A stretch of 64,000 nucleotides of DNA from a virus, in UHGV virus genome UHGV-0287696, one strand, 5' to 3'. The notes below the pieces were generated by a model, which worked only from the letters and a program-made list of their open reading frames with translations, was not told the DNA's origin and made no database searches. Positions 47,464 through 56,720 of this stretch are shown in pieces. The position numbers and the translations under genes were made by a program. Numbering within the stretch: the first letter of the stretch is position 1; every line of letters begins with the position of its first letter.

Positions 47464-49398
47464 ATGATGTTGGTGCGCGATATTAAAGATTACACCGAAC
47501 TAGCAACATACGCGTTAAATTCGTTGTTAACGCTTGACAAACCAGAAATACTCGACGAATCCGTCACGATAACGGTAGATCAAGAAACGAACTATGATTA
47601 CGTTGGCCAAGTCACTGGTCGTGTTTCTGTAGCTAGTCCCACTGAATATAAAATTGCGATGTATACCTATACAACGGGAGAGTACGCGCAAGGTGAATCA
47701 GCATTAAACGAATCGGGTGAGTTTAATTTTAAACGAACATGGCCGGGGACAAAACAATTTCGTTTAATTAGAATTGCTGATGGCAAATGGATTTCTACGT
47801 TAGAGTTCCCATTGTGCATCCGTAGTTACCATATGCCAGAAAACGCGGACCCTGAAACGATCAGGATTATGAAAGATCGGTGTTATACTTACGATCAGGC
47901 TGTTGCTGCTCTCGCATTAATGGTATACGGTCATGAAAAGGTAGAACAGTTTGTAAAAGGTCTTTTAGCGCTGGTCAATGAAGACGGGGGCGTTAAATTC
48001 TACGTAAACCGACTTTCAGCTAAATCTTCGCGAAATTATTACCGTATGGGTAACGTCGCGTGGGTACTTTACGCTTTAGCTTTTTATCTTGAAAAATTTC
48101 CTGCCGGAAATCTAGCGGCACAGGTTCGTGAAAAATTAACACTTTCCTTAACCTGGCTGGAAACTTACAAGGTAACGCAGGAGACAGATCGCCGCAAAGG
48201 TTTATATCTTGGTGGAAAGGGTCGTTTTGTTACTACCGAATCAGGCGAACGTGTTTTTGAAGAAGACTACGTTGCACCTTTTGCGGCTTTAGAACATCAG
48301 GTAGATATTTGGTTCCTGTTCGAATTACTAGGGCGCGTCGGTTTTGATGCATACCAACAAAAAGCAGCGGACTTCGGTAATAGAATAGTAGAAGCTTTTT
48401 GGATGGAAGACGAAGGACGTTTTCGTCAGGGTGTGAGAGAAACAGAAGATGATAACGCAGCTGCGTTAGATCAGTCCAGTTGGGGTGGGCTATTTGCGGC
48501 CAAATTTAAACCAGAGTACGCCGAACGTTGTCACGCTTTTATGGAGAAATTTCGCTCGGAAACCTCTGAGTGTCGTGGCTACACACCATACAAAACCGAG
48601 TTTGGTTACCCTAATGCTAAAGAAGGGGTGTGGGTTGAAGGTGCCGCCGGTGTTGCATTATTCGAACGTCAGTTAGGAAATGATAAACGTGCTGTTGAGA
48701 TCATTAACGACTTAGATGTTCTTTTATCAGAATACGGTTATCGTGATTCTTGCGATGATCCTACCTATGATACGCTGCCGCCGTGGTGGTCAACCACAAA
48801 CACTGCATGGGTGCTTTTAGTCTGTAAGCCAAGTAATTTTTGGCTTGTAGATAAGTCTCCTTTAACGGAGAGATATAATCCGCAGAATAAATTTTTACCA
48901 GATATTTCATTAAACTCTTTAAATCTTGTAATTTCGTTAGTGAATCACGATTTAAAAACAGATTACACGGAGTCTGATGTTGAAATCAGCAAGATTTCAC
49001 TTAGCACGGAAGAAAATCGTGACACAACAGCGATAATGGAAATAAGACGTCCTAATAAACGGTCGTTACAGATCTATTACAATCGTTTAACCGCAGAGCG
49101 GTGGTTAAACCAGCAACCTATTCTGGTAAAGGTCACCGGTAATGGTTTTACTACTCGCGATCTGATCGACGGAATTAATGCGGTCTGTGGTAGTAATTTA
49201 CAAGCCGACGATCTTACCGATAAAACATTTACCGTAGGGAGGGACGCTGTAACATTACAAGTTTCACCCAACTCGCTAGGTTATAAAGGCCAATTCTCCG
49301 TTCTGGTTTTCGGTAACGATGAAGAAGCCGCAGTAACAAAAGACAACGATTTAATCGTTACTGCAGATAACCGTGTCTTAACATTCGGAGGTCACTAA
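47464..49398 (+). CDS. tail-associated protein with glycosidase-like central region and C-terminal recurrent domain (putative depolymerase-type protein)
   Basis: 644 aa; central TYDQAVAALALMVYG...WVLYALAFYLEKF...WGGLFAAKF suggests an alpha-helical toroid glycosidase fold (inference); C-terminal 160 aa homologous to ORF 41509. Confidence 0.4.
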   Translation: MMLVRDIKDYTELATYALNSLLTLDKPEILDESVTITVDQETNYDYVGQVTGRVSVASPTEYKIAMYTYTTGEYAQGESALNESGEFNFKRTWPGTKQFRLIRIADGKWISTLEFPLCIRSYHMPENADPETIRIMKDRCYTYDQAVAALALMVYGHEKVEQFVKGLLALVNEDGGVKFYVNRLSAKSSRNYYRMGNVAWVLYALAFYLEKFPAGNLAAQVREKLTLSLTWLETYKVTQETDRRKGLYLGGKGRFVTTESGERVFEEDYVAPFAALEHQVDIWFLFELLGRVGFDAYQQKAADFGNRIVEAFWMEDEGRFRQGVRETEDDNAAALDQSSWGGLFAAKFKPEYAERCHAFMEKFRSETSECRGYTPYKTEFGYPNAKEGVWVEGAAGVALFERQLGNDKRAVEIINDLDVLLSEYGYRDSCDDPTYDTLPPWWSTTNTAWVLLVCKPSNFWLVDKSPLTERYNPQNKFLPDISLNSLNLVISLVNHDLKTDYTESDVEISKISLSTEENRDTTAIMEIRRPNKRSLQIYYNRLTAERWLNQQPILVKVTGNGFTTRDLIDGINAVCGSNLQADDLTDKTFTVGRDAVTLQVSPNSLGYKGQFSVLVFGNDEEAAVTKDNDLIVTADNRVLTFGGH

Positions 49399-50018
49399 TG
49401 GCTGAACTGGTAGGAAAGGTACGCGTTCACGAACTGCCGACACTTTCAGAAGACGTCACAGGTGTAGTCGTCTTAGCGTCTAAAGAACAAACTGAATACC
49501 AACTCCCGATTGAAAAATTAGGGGGTGGTGAGGTTACAGTGAGTCCGTCGGCGAATAACATCCTTAAGTCTAACAGTGATGGGTTGTTTGTTAATGGTGC
49601 GCACCCGATTGTACCAAAAATAGATGCAAAAACCGTATCGGGAAATATGGTAGTAGAAAAAACGTTGACGGGTGGTGCGGTAATCTGCAAAACAACGGTT
49701 GACGTTAATAACAGGCTGGGTGTTACGCAATTATCAGGGGTATCAATTTATAGCCAGTGTCTGTTGGAAAATAAATTGGTTTACCTGGCAGCAGATGGTG
49801 GTATTATTGATGCGTACTTCTACGTTAGTGGTACAAAAACCACAGCGAGTACAATAACCCACACCATTCGTGTTGTTTTAGCGAAGGTACCCTCTAAAGT
49901 TGTCGATATCACCGATTTGTCTGAAACCGAAGTACAATACGAGAATAGTAATTTACCTGTTAAGATCGTTATTAAACATCTTGCAGGGACAACACTTTCT
50001 CAGAACGGAATGAAATAA
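49398..50018 (+). CDS. tail fibre-related protein sharing the N-terminal domain of the large fibre
   Basis: MAELVGKVRVHELPTLSEDVTGVVVLASKEQTEYQLPIEKL aligns with fibre N-terminus MAKAVKKIRLHDLRPYTGDIGEGVLLFSKDERDYQLPVREI. Confidence 0.5.
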   Translation: MAELVGKVRVHELPTLSEDVTGVVVLASKEQTEYQLPIEKLGGGEVTVSPSANNILKSNSDGLFVNGAHPIVPKIDAKTVSGNMVVEKTLTGGAVICKTTVDVNNRLGVTQLSGVSIYSQCLLENKLVYLAADGGIIDAYFYVSGTKTTASTITHTIRVVLAKVPSKVVDITDLSETEVQYENSNLPVKIVIKHLAGTTLSQNGMK

Positions 50019-50024
50019 ATTTTA

Positions 50025-50069
50025 GGTAGTAGGGGCTAAGCCCCTACTACCTTTCTTTTTTTATTTTTT
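50025..50069 (+). terminator. intrinsic terminator
   Basis: ggtagtaggggc-taa-gcccctactacc followed by a ~18-nt T-rich tract. Confidence 0.75.
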
Positions 50070-50098
50070 CTCAGATATATATTACCTAGAGGAGAGCG
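50070..50098 (+). promoter_or_regulatory. conserved early-type promoter motif (CTCAGATATATATTACCTAGAGGAGAG)
   Basis: Copy 4, immediately after a terminator and 46 bp upstream of ATG 50144. Confidence 0.55.
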
Positions 50099-50143
50099 AA
50101 ATTTACGTTCACTCCATTAGTTATAGCCGAAAAGGAGGATTAG

Positions 50144-50995
50144 ATGCATCACCCGTATTATCTCCCGCACATTCTAGCAAATAGGGACCCCGCTTATTAT
50201 TACGGACAAACAGAAGGATCTTTTAATCGACTTTACATTCGTGAATTTAATACCGATGAAATGACGGACGACCAGTATCTGGAGTATCTAAAAGACCTTT
50301 ACGGTTTTTCAAAATCGAATAAAGATGGCTTTGGACGCCTCTCAGTCATTAGCGATGGTGAATATCGTCATTTAGCTAAGCCTGTTACGTACCCTATTAT
50401 TACACGCGCTTATACATCAGATAGGCAATATCTTGCTGAACTAAAAATTCCTCTACGGATAGACGGGCCCCAAATTAGCTGTATGGAGGTAGAAATTCAA
50501 CCGATTGCTGAAGACTATATTGAGGACTACTTCAAGAAAGCTAAAGACGTACTCGACGAGGGTTTAAGTTACTCTGAAGAAGGTACGATTTGTCTTCTCT
50601 CGCTACTCTCGAAGACTTATGTCACAGCAAATTTCCGTGTCTCTGATTCCAGTAACTACAATACACTTACTCCCTCTAAGACAAAACCGGTCTATTGGGA
50701 CGATCGGTTAGTCGACAGACACCGTTGGCTTACTATCTTAGATAAAGTAAAATTCGAACCCCCTAAACACACCGAAGACAATTTTACTTTATTACACAAC
50801 TTCGAACCGATCTATATCCCGACACATTTTGAACAAGCCTTACGTCATCGGTTGAAGTATGTGTTGGAATTACGGTACGGGAAGATAAATGGGCTAACCT
50901 GTTCTGGTGAATTGGGTGAAGAAGAACGCGAGAAAATAAAAATCGTGTTTGATAAGTTGGTTGAAGATTACATTAAGAAGGAAGGGCAATTATGA
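50144..50995 (+). CDS. hypothetical early protein
   Basis: 283-aa ORF, strong RBS AAAGGAGGA. Confidence 0.5.
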   Translation: MHHPYYLPHILANRDPAYYYGQTEGSFNRLYIREFNTDEMTDDQYLEYLKDLYGFSKSNKDGFGRLSVISDGEYRHLAKPVTYPIITRAYTSDRQYLAELKIPLRIDGPQISCMEVEIQPIAEDYIEDYFKKAKDVLDEGLSYSEEGTICLLSLLSKTYVTANFRVSDSSNYNTLTPSKTKPVYWDDRLVDRHRWLTILDKVKFEPPKHTEDNFTLLHNFEPIYIPTHFEQALRHRLKYVLELRYGKINGLTCSGELGEEEREKIKIVFDKLVEDYIKKEGQL

Positions 50996-51435
50996 AACCA
51001 AATACTACTAATGGCATTATGCTACTTTGTGATTCTGAAACGTTAGCAAACCGTATTCGTGGTTTGATGCAAGTACGTTGGCAGCAAAAAGTTCTCGTCG
51101 ACTATGCTGCCCCATTTGTTCACATTACCTGGTTGCCAGAAGCCAGCGATTTCAAAGAACGTATAACCACAAGAAGAATTAAAGAATGGTTATCGGCGAT
51201 CATTAATAAACAGATTACCGTCATCAATTTTCAACTTTTCGGTACCGCTGAAGAACATGAAATCTTGAAACAGTGTTTAAGAGCGTTGGCTGTTTCCTTT
51301 TCTGTTCGTGGTAGCTGCTATACGGCTTACTTTATCGGTTCGCTTGAACTGTTTAAGAATACGCTAATGCTTCAGCTAAAAGATGACTACAAACTTTTAG
51401 ATAAAATCGATTTCGAATTCCCAGGTATGATTTAA
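50992..51435 (+). CDS. hypothetical protein
   Basis: 147-aa ORF with ATGA overlap. Confidence 0.45.
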   Translation: MKPNTTNGIMLLCDSETLANRIRGLMQVRWQQKVLVDYAAPFVHITWLPEASDFKERITTRRIKEWLSAIINKQITVINFQLFGTAEEHEILKQCLRALAVSFSVRGSCYTAYFIGSLELFKNTLMLQLKDDYKLLDKIDFEFPGMI

Positions 51436-51481
51436 GGAACCGTAGCTTAATTACCCCACCATTTACCTAAAGGAGCATTAA

Positions 51482-51997
51482 ATGTCAGTAAATATTAACA
51501 TGAATCTTTATACTAAACGTGAACGTCAGATCCTGGCGAATCAACCTGGCGTTACGACCATCGACGGTAAGCCTATTGACCGTTTAAAAGTTATCGTTGC
51601 GCGAAATTGCCATGAACGCGATTGGGATATCACCTACTTCCGTTGCTGTTCGGTCGCAAACGCGCTTACCCAACTCTCCAACTATCACCCAGGACCGCTA
51701 TTAAAAGACTGGGTTTGGTTAGTCCCTAAAACTCCCTCAGCAATTGAGTATCCCGCTGGGTTAGTCTATATTCGACCTGTCGCTTACCCAGAACGTCTGA
51801 AAGAGTATCTTGAAGTTATCTGGAACCGTCCTCGTAAAGAGCTGGCGACGATTATTAATTTACTGCAACAGATCGATATCCCCGGTGTTTTGAATTTGAA
51901 ACTCACGTCTCGCGATATTAACCAGGCTTACTGGGAACTGGAGTGGACAGAACCGAAATTCGAAAACACTAACCGTATTTTCTTGCACCGGGGGTAA
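51482..51997 (+). CDS. hypothetical protein
   Basis: 171-aa ORF, RBS AAAGGAG. Confidence 0.45.
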   Translation: MSVNINMNLYTKRERQILANQPGVTTIDGKPIDRLKVIVARNCHERDWDITYFRCCSVANALTQLSNYHPGPLLKDWVWLVPKTPSAIEYPAGLVYIRPVAYPERLKEYLEVIWNRPRKELATIINLLQQIDIPGVLNLKLTSRDINQAYWELEWTEPKFENTNRIFLHRG

Positions 51998-51999
51998 AA

Positions 52000-52281
52000 A
52001 TGTTAGATTGGTTGTTGGGATTAATTAACTCACGTCAACAGGAGCTTTATAAAGAAAACACGCGATTACGGCAGGAGCTTAGTAACAATCGTCAAACCAA
52101 ACGACAATTAATTCGGATGGTAAAACAACAGGCGCGTTGTATACGTGATATCGATTATCAGTATCACCGTCTGAATACCTTAGACCCAACAACAAAAGCT
52201 TTAGGTAGTACGATTGGACACGCACGTAAAGTCAGTCACGATGCGTTAGTTCGAATCGATACAGTAGAAGAGAAACTGTGA
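52000..52281 (+). CDS. hypothetical protein (93 aa)
   Basis: ORF 3 nt after the upstream stop. Confidence 0.4.
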   Translation: MLDWLLGLINSRQQELYKENTRLRQELSNNRQTKRQLIRMVKQQARCIRDIDYQYHRLNTLDPTTKALGSTIGHARKVSHDALVRIDTVEEKL

Positions 52282-52324
52282 TATAACCCCTCTCAGGAAC
52301 TCCTGAGAGGGAGGAGAAAGAAAG

Positions 52325-52633
52325 ATGCACGGTATTTTGATTATTCTTAAAGCCAAACTATACAAAATTGCCTTTTCTTTGTTTTACGGCCGTATTGTAG
52401 AAGAGGTTGTATCGGAATCCGAACCCCATGAAGAAACAGTGATTCGTTTTGGAAAGGAATACACAGTCATGGTTCGAGATGTTGTGATAGACGTTTACTC
52501 TACCGGGGGAATCTTAAAAGGAAAACCTAAGCGTAGATTGTACGGTAAAAGACTTCCTTACATGAGAGATCATTTAATTCTGGGCTCGTTACAAGAATTT
52601 TTTAATTTAAGAGATAATGTAAGAAGTAAATGA
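52325..52633 (+). CDS. hypothetical protein
   Basis: 102-aa ORF, RBS GGGAGGAGAAAG. Confidence 0.4.
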   Translation: MHGILIILKAKLYKIAFSLFYGRIVEEVVSESEPHEETVIRFGKEYTVMVRDVVIDVYSTGGILKGKPKRRLYGKRLPYMRDHLILGSLQEFFNLRDNVRSK

Positions 52634-52636
52634 AAT

Positions 52637-53002
52637 ATGCTGAACAAAATTAAATATTGGTTAAACGATTCGTTTAAAACCTGGGCTTGTGGTGCGAATG
52701 TCAAAACAGTAGTTAAATCGGGCGACTGGTATACAGAGATTATTACGTTAGCAAACGGAGGATTGCAAAACATACAAGTTCGTAACGTTGTTGTTAGAAT
52801 AGGGCGCGAGGGAGGAGCAATCTTCAACTCTGAATACTATCTAGTTTCTGCCTTGGAATTGAAAAACGGCCCGATTCTATTTAATGCTACAGCACAGAAT
52901 CTTTACGACACGATGGTTAAGTTTGGTGAAAGAGTAAAACGTTTAAATGATTCGCTCAGTAAGTTTATTAAAGAAACTGAACGAACCACGGTGGAGATTT
53001 AA
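52637..53002 (+). CDS. hypothetical protein
   Basis: 121-aa ORF. Confidence 0.4.
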   Translation: MLNKIKYWLNDSFKTWACGANVKTVVKSGDWYTEIITLANGGLQNIQVRNVVVRIGREGGAIFNSEYYLVSALELKNGPILFNATAQNLYDTMVKFGERVKRLNDSLSKFIKETERTTVEI

Positions 53003-53005
53003 AAG

Positions 53006-53314
53006 ATGGAAAACAAAATCACAAACACATCGGTACCTGAGAACATCGTCAACTATATTCTCCGCGGTGGGTTGTTAGAAGACAATAAAGAAACGTGCGA
53101 TAAACTCGTTTCTCAACTACTGCCTATTCGTTCAGAATACTGCGAAATCGTTATCTTAGGTTCCGAGTATTGCGTACGCTCTTACTGCCGTCGTTTCGAA
53201 GCCTTACGCGTACCTCGTACGTTAGGCGGTGTGATCTTGCTGATTTCGTCTTTTCAAGACGCTCATGTGCGTGTGGCGACCTGGATTGCCAAAGGAGGCG
53301 ATAGTGGTTTTTAA
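53006..53314 (+). CDS. hypothetical protein
   Basis: 102-aa ORF. Confidence 0.4.
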   Translation: MENKITNTSVPENIVNYILRGGLLEDNKETCDKLVSQLLPIRSEYCEIVILGSEYCVRSYCRRFEALRVPRTLGGVILLISSFQDAHVRVATWIAKGGDSGF

Positions 53315-53591
53315 TTTATTTAAACGTAAGGAATGTCCTGTCTGCGAAACCAACGATAAAATTATCTCTACGCAAGATGAGCTAATAAAACAACAAGATA
53401 AGATGCTCACTGAAATGGGCGAACTTTATTTTAAACTTTGTGCTATTACCGAACTGATTAGTGAAGGTAAGTTATCGAAAGATGGTGGGTTAGAGTTGGT
53501 CAAGAAGGCAACGATTCACTGTCGTCCAGAAGTAGAAAAATATAAACTTGAAGTGAAACGTGAACTATGGGAGGTTATTAATGAAGCGTGA
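53304..53591 (+). CDS. hypothetical protein with CxxC motif
   Basis: GTG 53304 with AAAGGAGG 5 nt upstream (track start 53265 lies inside the upstream gene); KECPVCETN. Confidence 0.35.
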   Translation: MVFNLFKRKECPVCETNDKIISTQDELIKQQDKMLTEMGELYFKLCAITELISEGKLSKDGGLELVKKATIHCRPEVEKYKLEVKRELWEVINEA

Positions 53592-53862
53592 AACAGTTGT
53601 ATTTCGTAGTAATGGTGATGTGGTTTTGTATCGTGGTAAGAAACGTATTCGTACGTTAGAATACCGAGAAGCAAAACGTTTCGTTGAAGAGTGTGCCTGG
53701 TTAATGCATTACGAAGGGAACTATCGTGCCATCTTAGAAGCGCCGCGTTTAGAACGTGCAGTTGCGCAGATGGCAATAGGTAATCCTAAGAACTGTTACC
53801 TGGCACGTAAGCCAAAATACCTACAACGTGTCTCGCTAGGCAGTTTTATTGCGGGATTTTAA
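53581..53862 (+). CDS. hypothetical protein
   Basis: ATG 53581 with GGGAGG upstream (track start 53560 is an alternative codon). Confidence 0.4.
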   Translation: MKRETVVFRSNGDVVLYRGKKRIRTLEYREAKRFVEECAWLMHYEGNYRAILEAPRLERAVAQMAIGNPKNCYLARKPKYLQRVSLGSFIAGF

Positions 53863-53873
53863 TAAAAATAATT

Positions 53874-53912
53874 TCAGATATATATTACTTAGGTGAGAGT
53901 ACAAAAGCTCTC
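53874..53912 (+). promoter_or_regulatory. conserved early-type promoter motif with downstream palindrome (GTGAGAGTACAAAAGCTCTCAC)
   Basis: TTCAGATATATATTACTTAGGTGAGAG; copy 5, 44 bp upstream of ATG 53944. Confidence 0.55.
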
Positions 53913-53943
53913 ACTTAACTAAACCATTTTAGGAGAATATACC

Positions 53944-54210
53944 ATGAACTTCACTAAAGCTGATTATGCTAAAGAATTCGTTTCTAAAGAAGATTACAAG
54001 TTTACTGTTGAACTAGACTACGTATTAACCGAAGATGAAAAAGATGCGCTGTATAAAGCGTTCCGCAAACACTTCGGTGCGTTGTTCTTTATGGGTTTCC
54101 GTAAAGACTCTATCGATATTGGCTATACTGTCGCAGTACGTACCGATGAGGAAATGTTCAATATGGTGTGCGAAATCGTCAGTACCATTACTGCTAAACG
54201 TGCGATTTAA
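53944..54210 (+). CDS. hypothetical early protein (88 aa)
   Basis: RBS TAGGAGAA; follows the promoter motif. Confidence 0.5.
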   Translation: MNFTKADYAKEFVSKEDYKFTVELDYVLTEDEKDALYKAFRKHFGALFFMGFRKDSIDIGYTVAVRTDEEMFNMVCEIVSTITAKRAI

Positions 54211-54291
54211 CTTCAGCGTTTAATTACACTACAGGGTAAGGGAATCCCTTACCCTATTATTTCGATATGTAAAACTAAAAGGAAAATAAAA

Positions 54292-55068
54292 ATGAAAACT
54301 GTTGAGTTTAAAAATAGCAGTCTTTGGGCATACTCGCACATCATTACGAGTTTCCTGAAAAACGTTACTTCGCACCTCGCTTATCAGTTTTGTGGAAATG
54401 AGCTCACTATCGGTGGTTTTAACGAGGAAGAATTAAAACGTGCAAAAGAGTTCATTGTCGATGTTCTTCATGGTGATGCGACGTGTTTAGTTGTGAGTTA
54501 CGTTGCTAAAGACAAAGGAAGATTAAACATCATGGGAATCTTCAGGACACTCTCCGAAAAAGTATACGAAGTTGAGAAGGTTAGTCATGGCGTTTATATT
54601 GTTTACTTTAAACGTTCGGCGGAGAAAAACGCTGATAAACTTCTGGAGTATTTCGACTGTAACCCAGGGGAAGGTATGGATGTTTATACGCTCGGTTATG
54701 ATGGGGTACCTCACCGGAATAACCTTATTCGTATTGACGAACCTTTTTCAGTCAATGATAACTCCACGCCTATAGAGTTGGTTCTGGTACACAAAGATCG
54801 ATTCGCGCATTACGATTCCGATACTATTCAACGTGTCCTGAACAACGTTAATATACAGTTTTCACAAACCGAGCACCTGGTACGTGCTTGTGTTAGGTCT
54901 AACGGCACAACATCTTTTTTCCTCGAACGTCAAATCGTTTGGCAGACTTATCTGGCTTTGATGGAAGAACTCGATAGGATCGAACCAGTTCAGGTTGGTA
55001 CAAATTGCTTATATTGGATAAAAACAAAGGGGTTCATGAATGAAAACACTCAATTCAGATTTGCGTGA
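54292..55068 (+). CDS. hypothetical protein
   Basis: 258-aa ORF, RBS AAAGGAAAA. Confidence 0.5.
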   Translation: MKTVEFKNSSLWAYSHIITSFLKNVTSHLAYQFCGNELTIGGFNEEELKRAKEFIVDVLHGDATCLVVSYVAKDKGRLNIMGIFRTLSEKVYEVEKVSHGVYIVYFKRSAEKNADKLLEYFDCNPGEGMDVYTLGYDGVPHRNNLIRIDEPFSVNDNSTPIELVLVHKDRFAHYDSDTIQRVLNNVNIQFSQTEHLVRACVRSNGTTSFFLERQIVWQTYLALMEELDRIEPVQVGTNCLYWIKTKGFMNENTQFRFA

Positions 55069-55468
55069 TTATATCCGTAAGTATCCAGCCAGTATTCCTG
55101 TACTGGCTTCACTTACGCTTTCAGGTACTGACGTTAACGTCTTAACTGTGGAACAATTTCACGAGATAATAAAAACCGCATATAACTCCATTACCGCAAC
55201 GTCAGTACGTAAACGTTGCGATTATCCCGACGGTCCTTTCGGCACAGAGATGTTTACCGATTACGCGGTTGCGTTTCTGTTAGGCCGACACTGTCTCGAT
55301 AAACTTAACACTGCTGTAGAAGGGGAAACAGTGACGGAAATAGTCAATGCTTGGCAGCAACGTATTCTGAATGACCCTTACTGCCGCCAAGCGTTAAAAC
55401 GTATGTCCACAACGGCGATTACAAACGACCAGCGTGCTTTAGAGTTCTTTAAGCACAACTACAGCTAA
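55040..55468 (+). CDS. hypothetical protein, paralog of ORF 56721
   Basis: LRDYIRKYPASIPVLASL / ILNDPYCRQALKRMSTTAITNDQRALEFFKHN aligns with IRNYIRNNPIALGVLAGF / VYNDPTASALLSQMSQTSRDIDTRTLMYLAHN. Confidence 0.5.
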   Translation: MKTLNSDLRDYIRKYPASIPVLASLTLSGTDVNVLTVEQFHEIIKTAYNSITATSVRKRCDYPDGPFGTEMFTDYAVAFLLGRHCLDKLNTAVEGETVTEIVNAWQQRILNDPYCRQALKRMSTTAITNDQRALEFFKHNYS

Positions 55469-55490
55469 TTTACCAAAAAGGAAAAAAGAC

Positions 55491-56651
55491 ATGTTTAATA
55501 TCGAAATTACCCCGCTCGTTAAAACTGAAATCCGTCCGGTTCCCGAAGCACAATTACTCGATCAACTTTATCGCATATTCCTGGATAAAGGTGTACATTT
55601 CCGTGTAGAACAAGTCAATGATGAAAGCATCGTGTTCTACTGGACTCACAGCAATGATTACCTTTGTGACACTATTGCGGCGGAAATCGGTGAGTTGCTC
55701 AACCCGGTAGCCGAGAACGCCAAGGTAAAAGCGACCGAGGCTGAGCAACCGAATGCCGAGGTTGAAAAACAACAGTGGGCTGAAACCAGCGCCGACAAAC
55801 CGCTCGTCTATCGGTATGATGCCGAAACGAACGAGAAAATTAAAGAAGCGTTAGAAGCTCTCTATCCTGATTATTTAACCGTCGGTCAACAATGCGACAC
55901 GTTAATTGTCTGGATGAATGATTTCGAACCTAAGCTCATTAAAGCCATACGCATCACTGTTGCACTGATCGTCAAAGACGCCGTTCGCCTTATTTCGTTT
56001 GGAGGTATCGGTCGACGTGACGCGGATGATTTCATGCGTGATGCCGTTCACGAACACAAGGAGAATATTCTTCGGTCTAATTATGTTGGTGACACTCTAA
56101 CTGTACTTGTTGTTAATGACCCTGTTGTTATTAATCAGCTACGCACCCGTATGGATGGGTTAGTAAAGAAAAATTCACGTAAATGCGCCGAAAGACAGGA
56201 TGACGTTAATTATACTGGCCCAAAGGCCAAGGTGATTAATGATACCTTGACAGCATTCTACTCTAGCAGGGTAGAAACTAAACTCGAGACCGAACGACTC
56301 ACCATTAAGTTCCAGTTAGACGACATTTCCCTGCAAGATGAAATTCATAGCCTCATTGATGGGTTTGTTAACAAGCGCCTACGTCTTCTAACGATCAATA
56401 CTATCGGGGAAGAAGATGCTGATCTGTTTATGGGTGAGATTCTTCACACGTTTCCTGAGAAAGTCCGTCAGTGGACTTACACAGACAATACACTTACCAT
56501 TCTACTCAACTATGAGCCTGGTCTTATTAAAAATTTAGAACGCCGTCTAGAGGATTTGTCGCTCAAACGTTTTCTTAAGGATGGCGCACGTTCAGTCCTT
56601 AAAGGATTATTTTCTGATTGCAACTGCCCTATTTGTCAGAAGCATCGCTAA
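55491..56651 (+). CDS. hypothetical protein with internal domain duplication
   Basis: Two copies of a ~70-aa unit (ISFGGIGRRDADDFMRDAVHEHKENILRSNYVGDTLTVLVVN vs LTINTIGEEDADLFMGEILHTFPEKVRQWTYTDNTLTILLNY). Confidence 0.5.
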   Translation: MFNIEITPLVKTEIRPVPEAQLLDQLYRIFLDKGVHFRVEQVNDESIVFYWTHSNDYLCDTIAAEIGELLNPVAENAKVKATEAEQPNAEVEKQQWAETSADKPLVYRYDAETNEKIKEALEALYPDYLTVGQQCDTLIVWMNDFEPKLIKAIRITVALIVKDAVRLISFGGIGRRDADDFMRDAVHEHKENILRSNYVGDTLTVLVVNDPVVINQLRTRMDGLVKKNSRKCAERQDDVNYTGPKAKVINDTLTAFYSSRVETKLETERLTIKFQLDDISLQDEIHSLIDGFVNKRLRLLTINTIGEEDADLFMGEILHTFPEKVRQWTYTDNTLTILLNYEPGLIKNLERRLEDLSLKRFLKDGARSVLKGLFSDCNCPICQKHR

Positions 56652-56720
56652 TTAACTAAATTCATCTAAGGGGTGGTAATCCGCCCCTCTATTATTGTAT
56701 TTACCTAAAGGAGTATTAAA

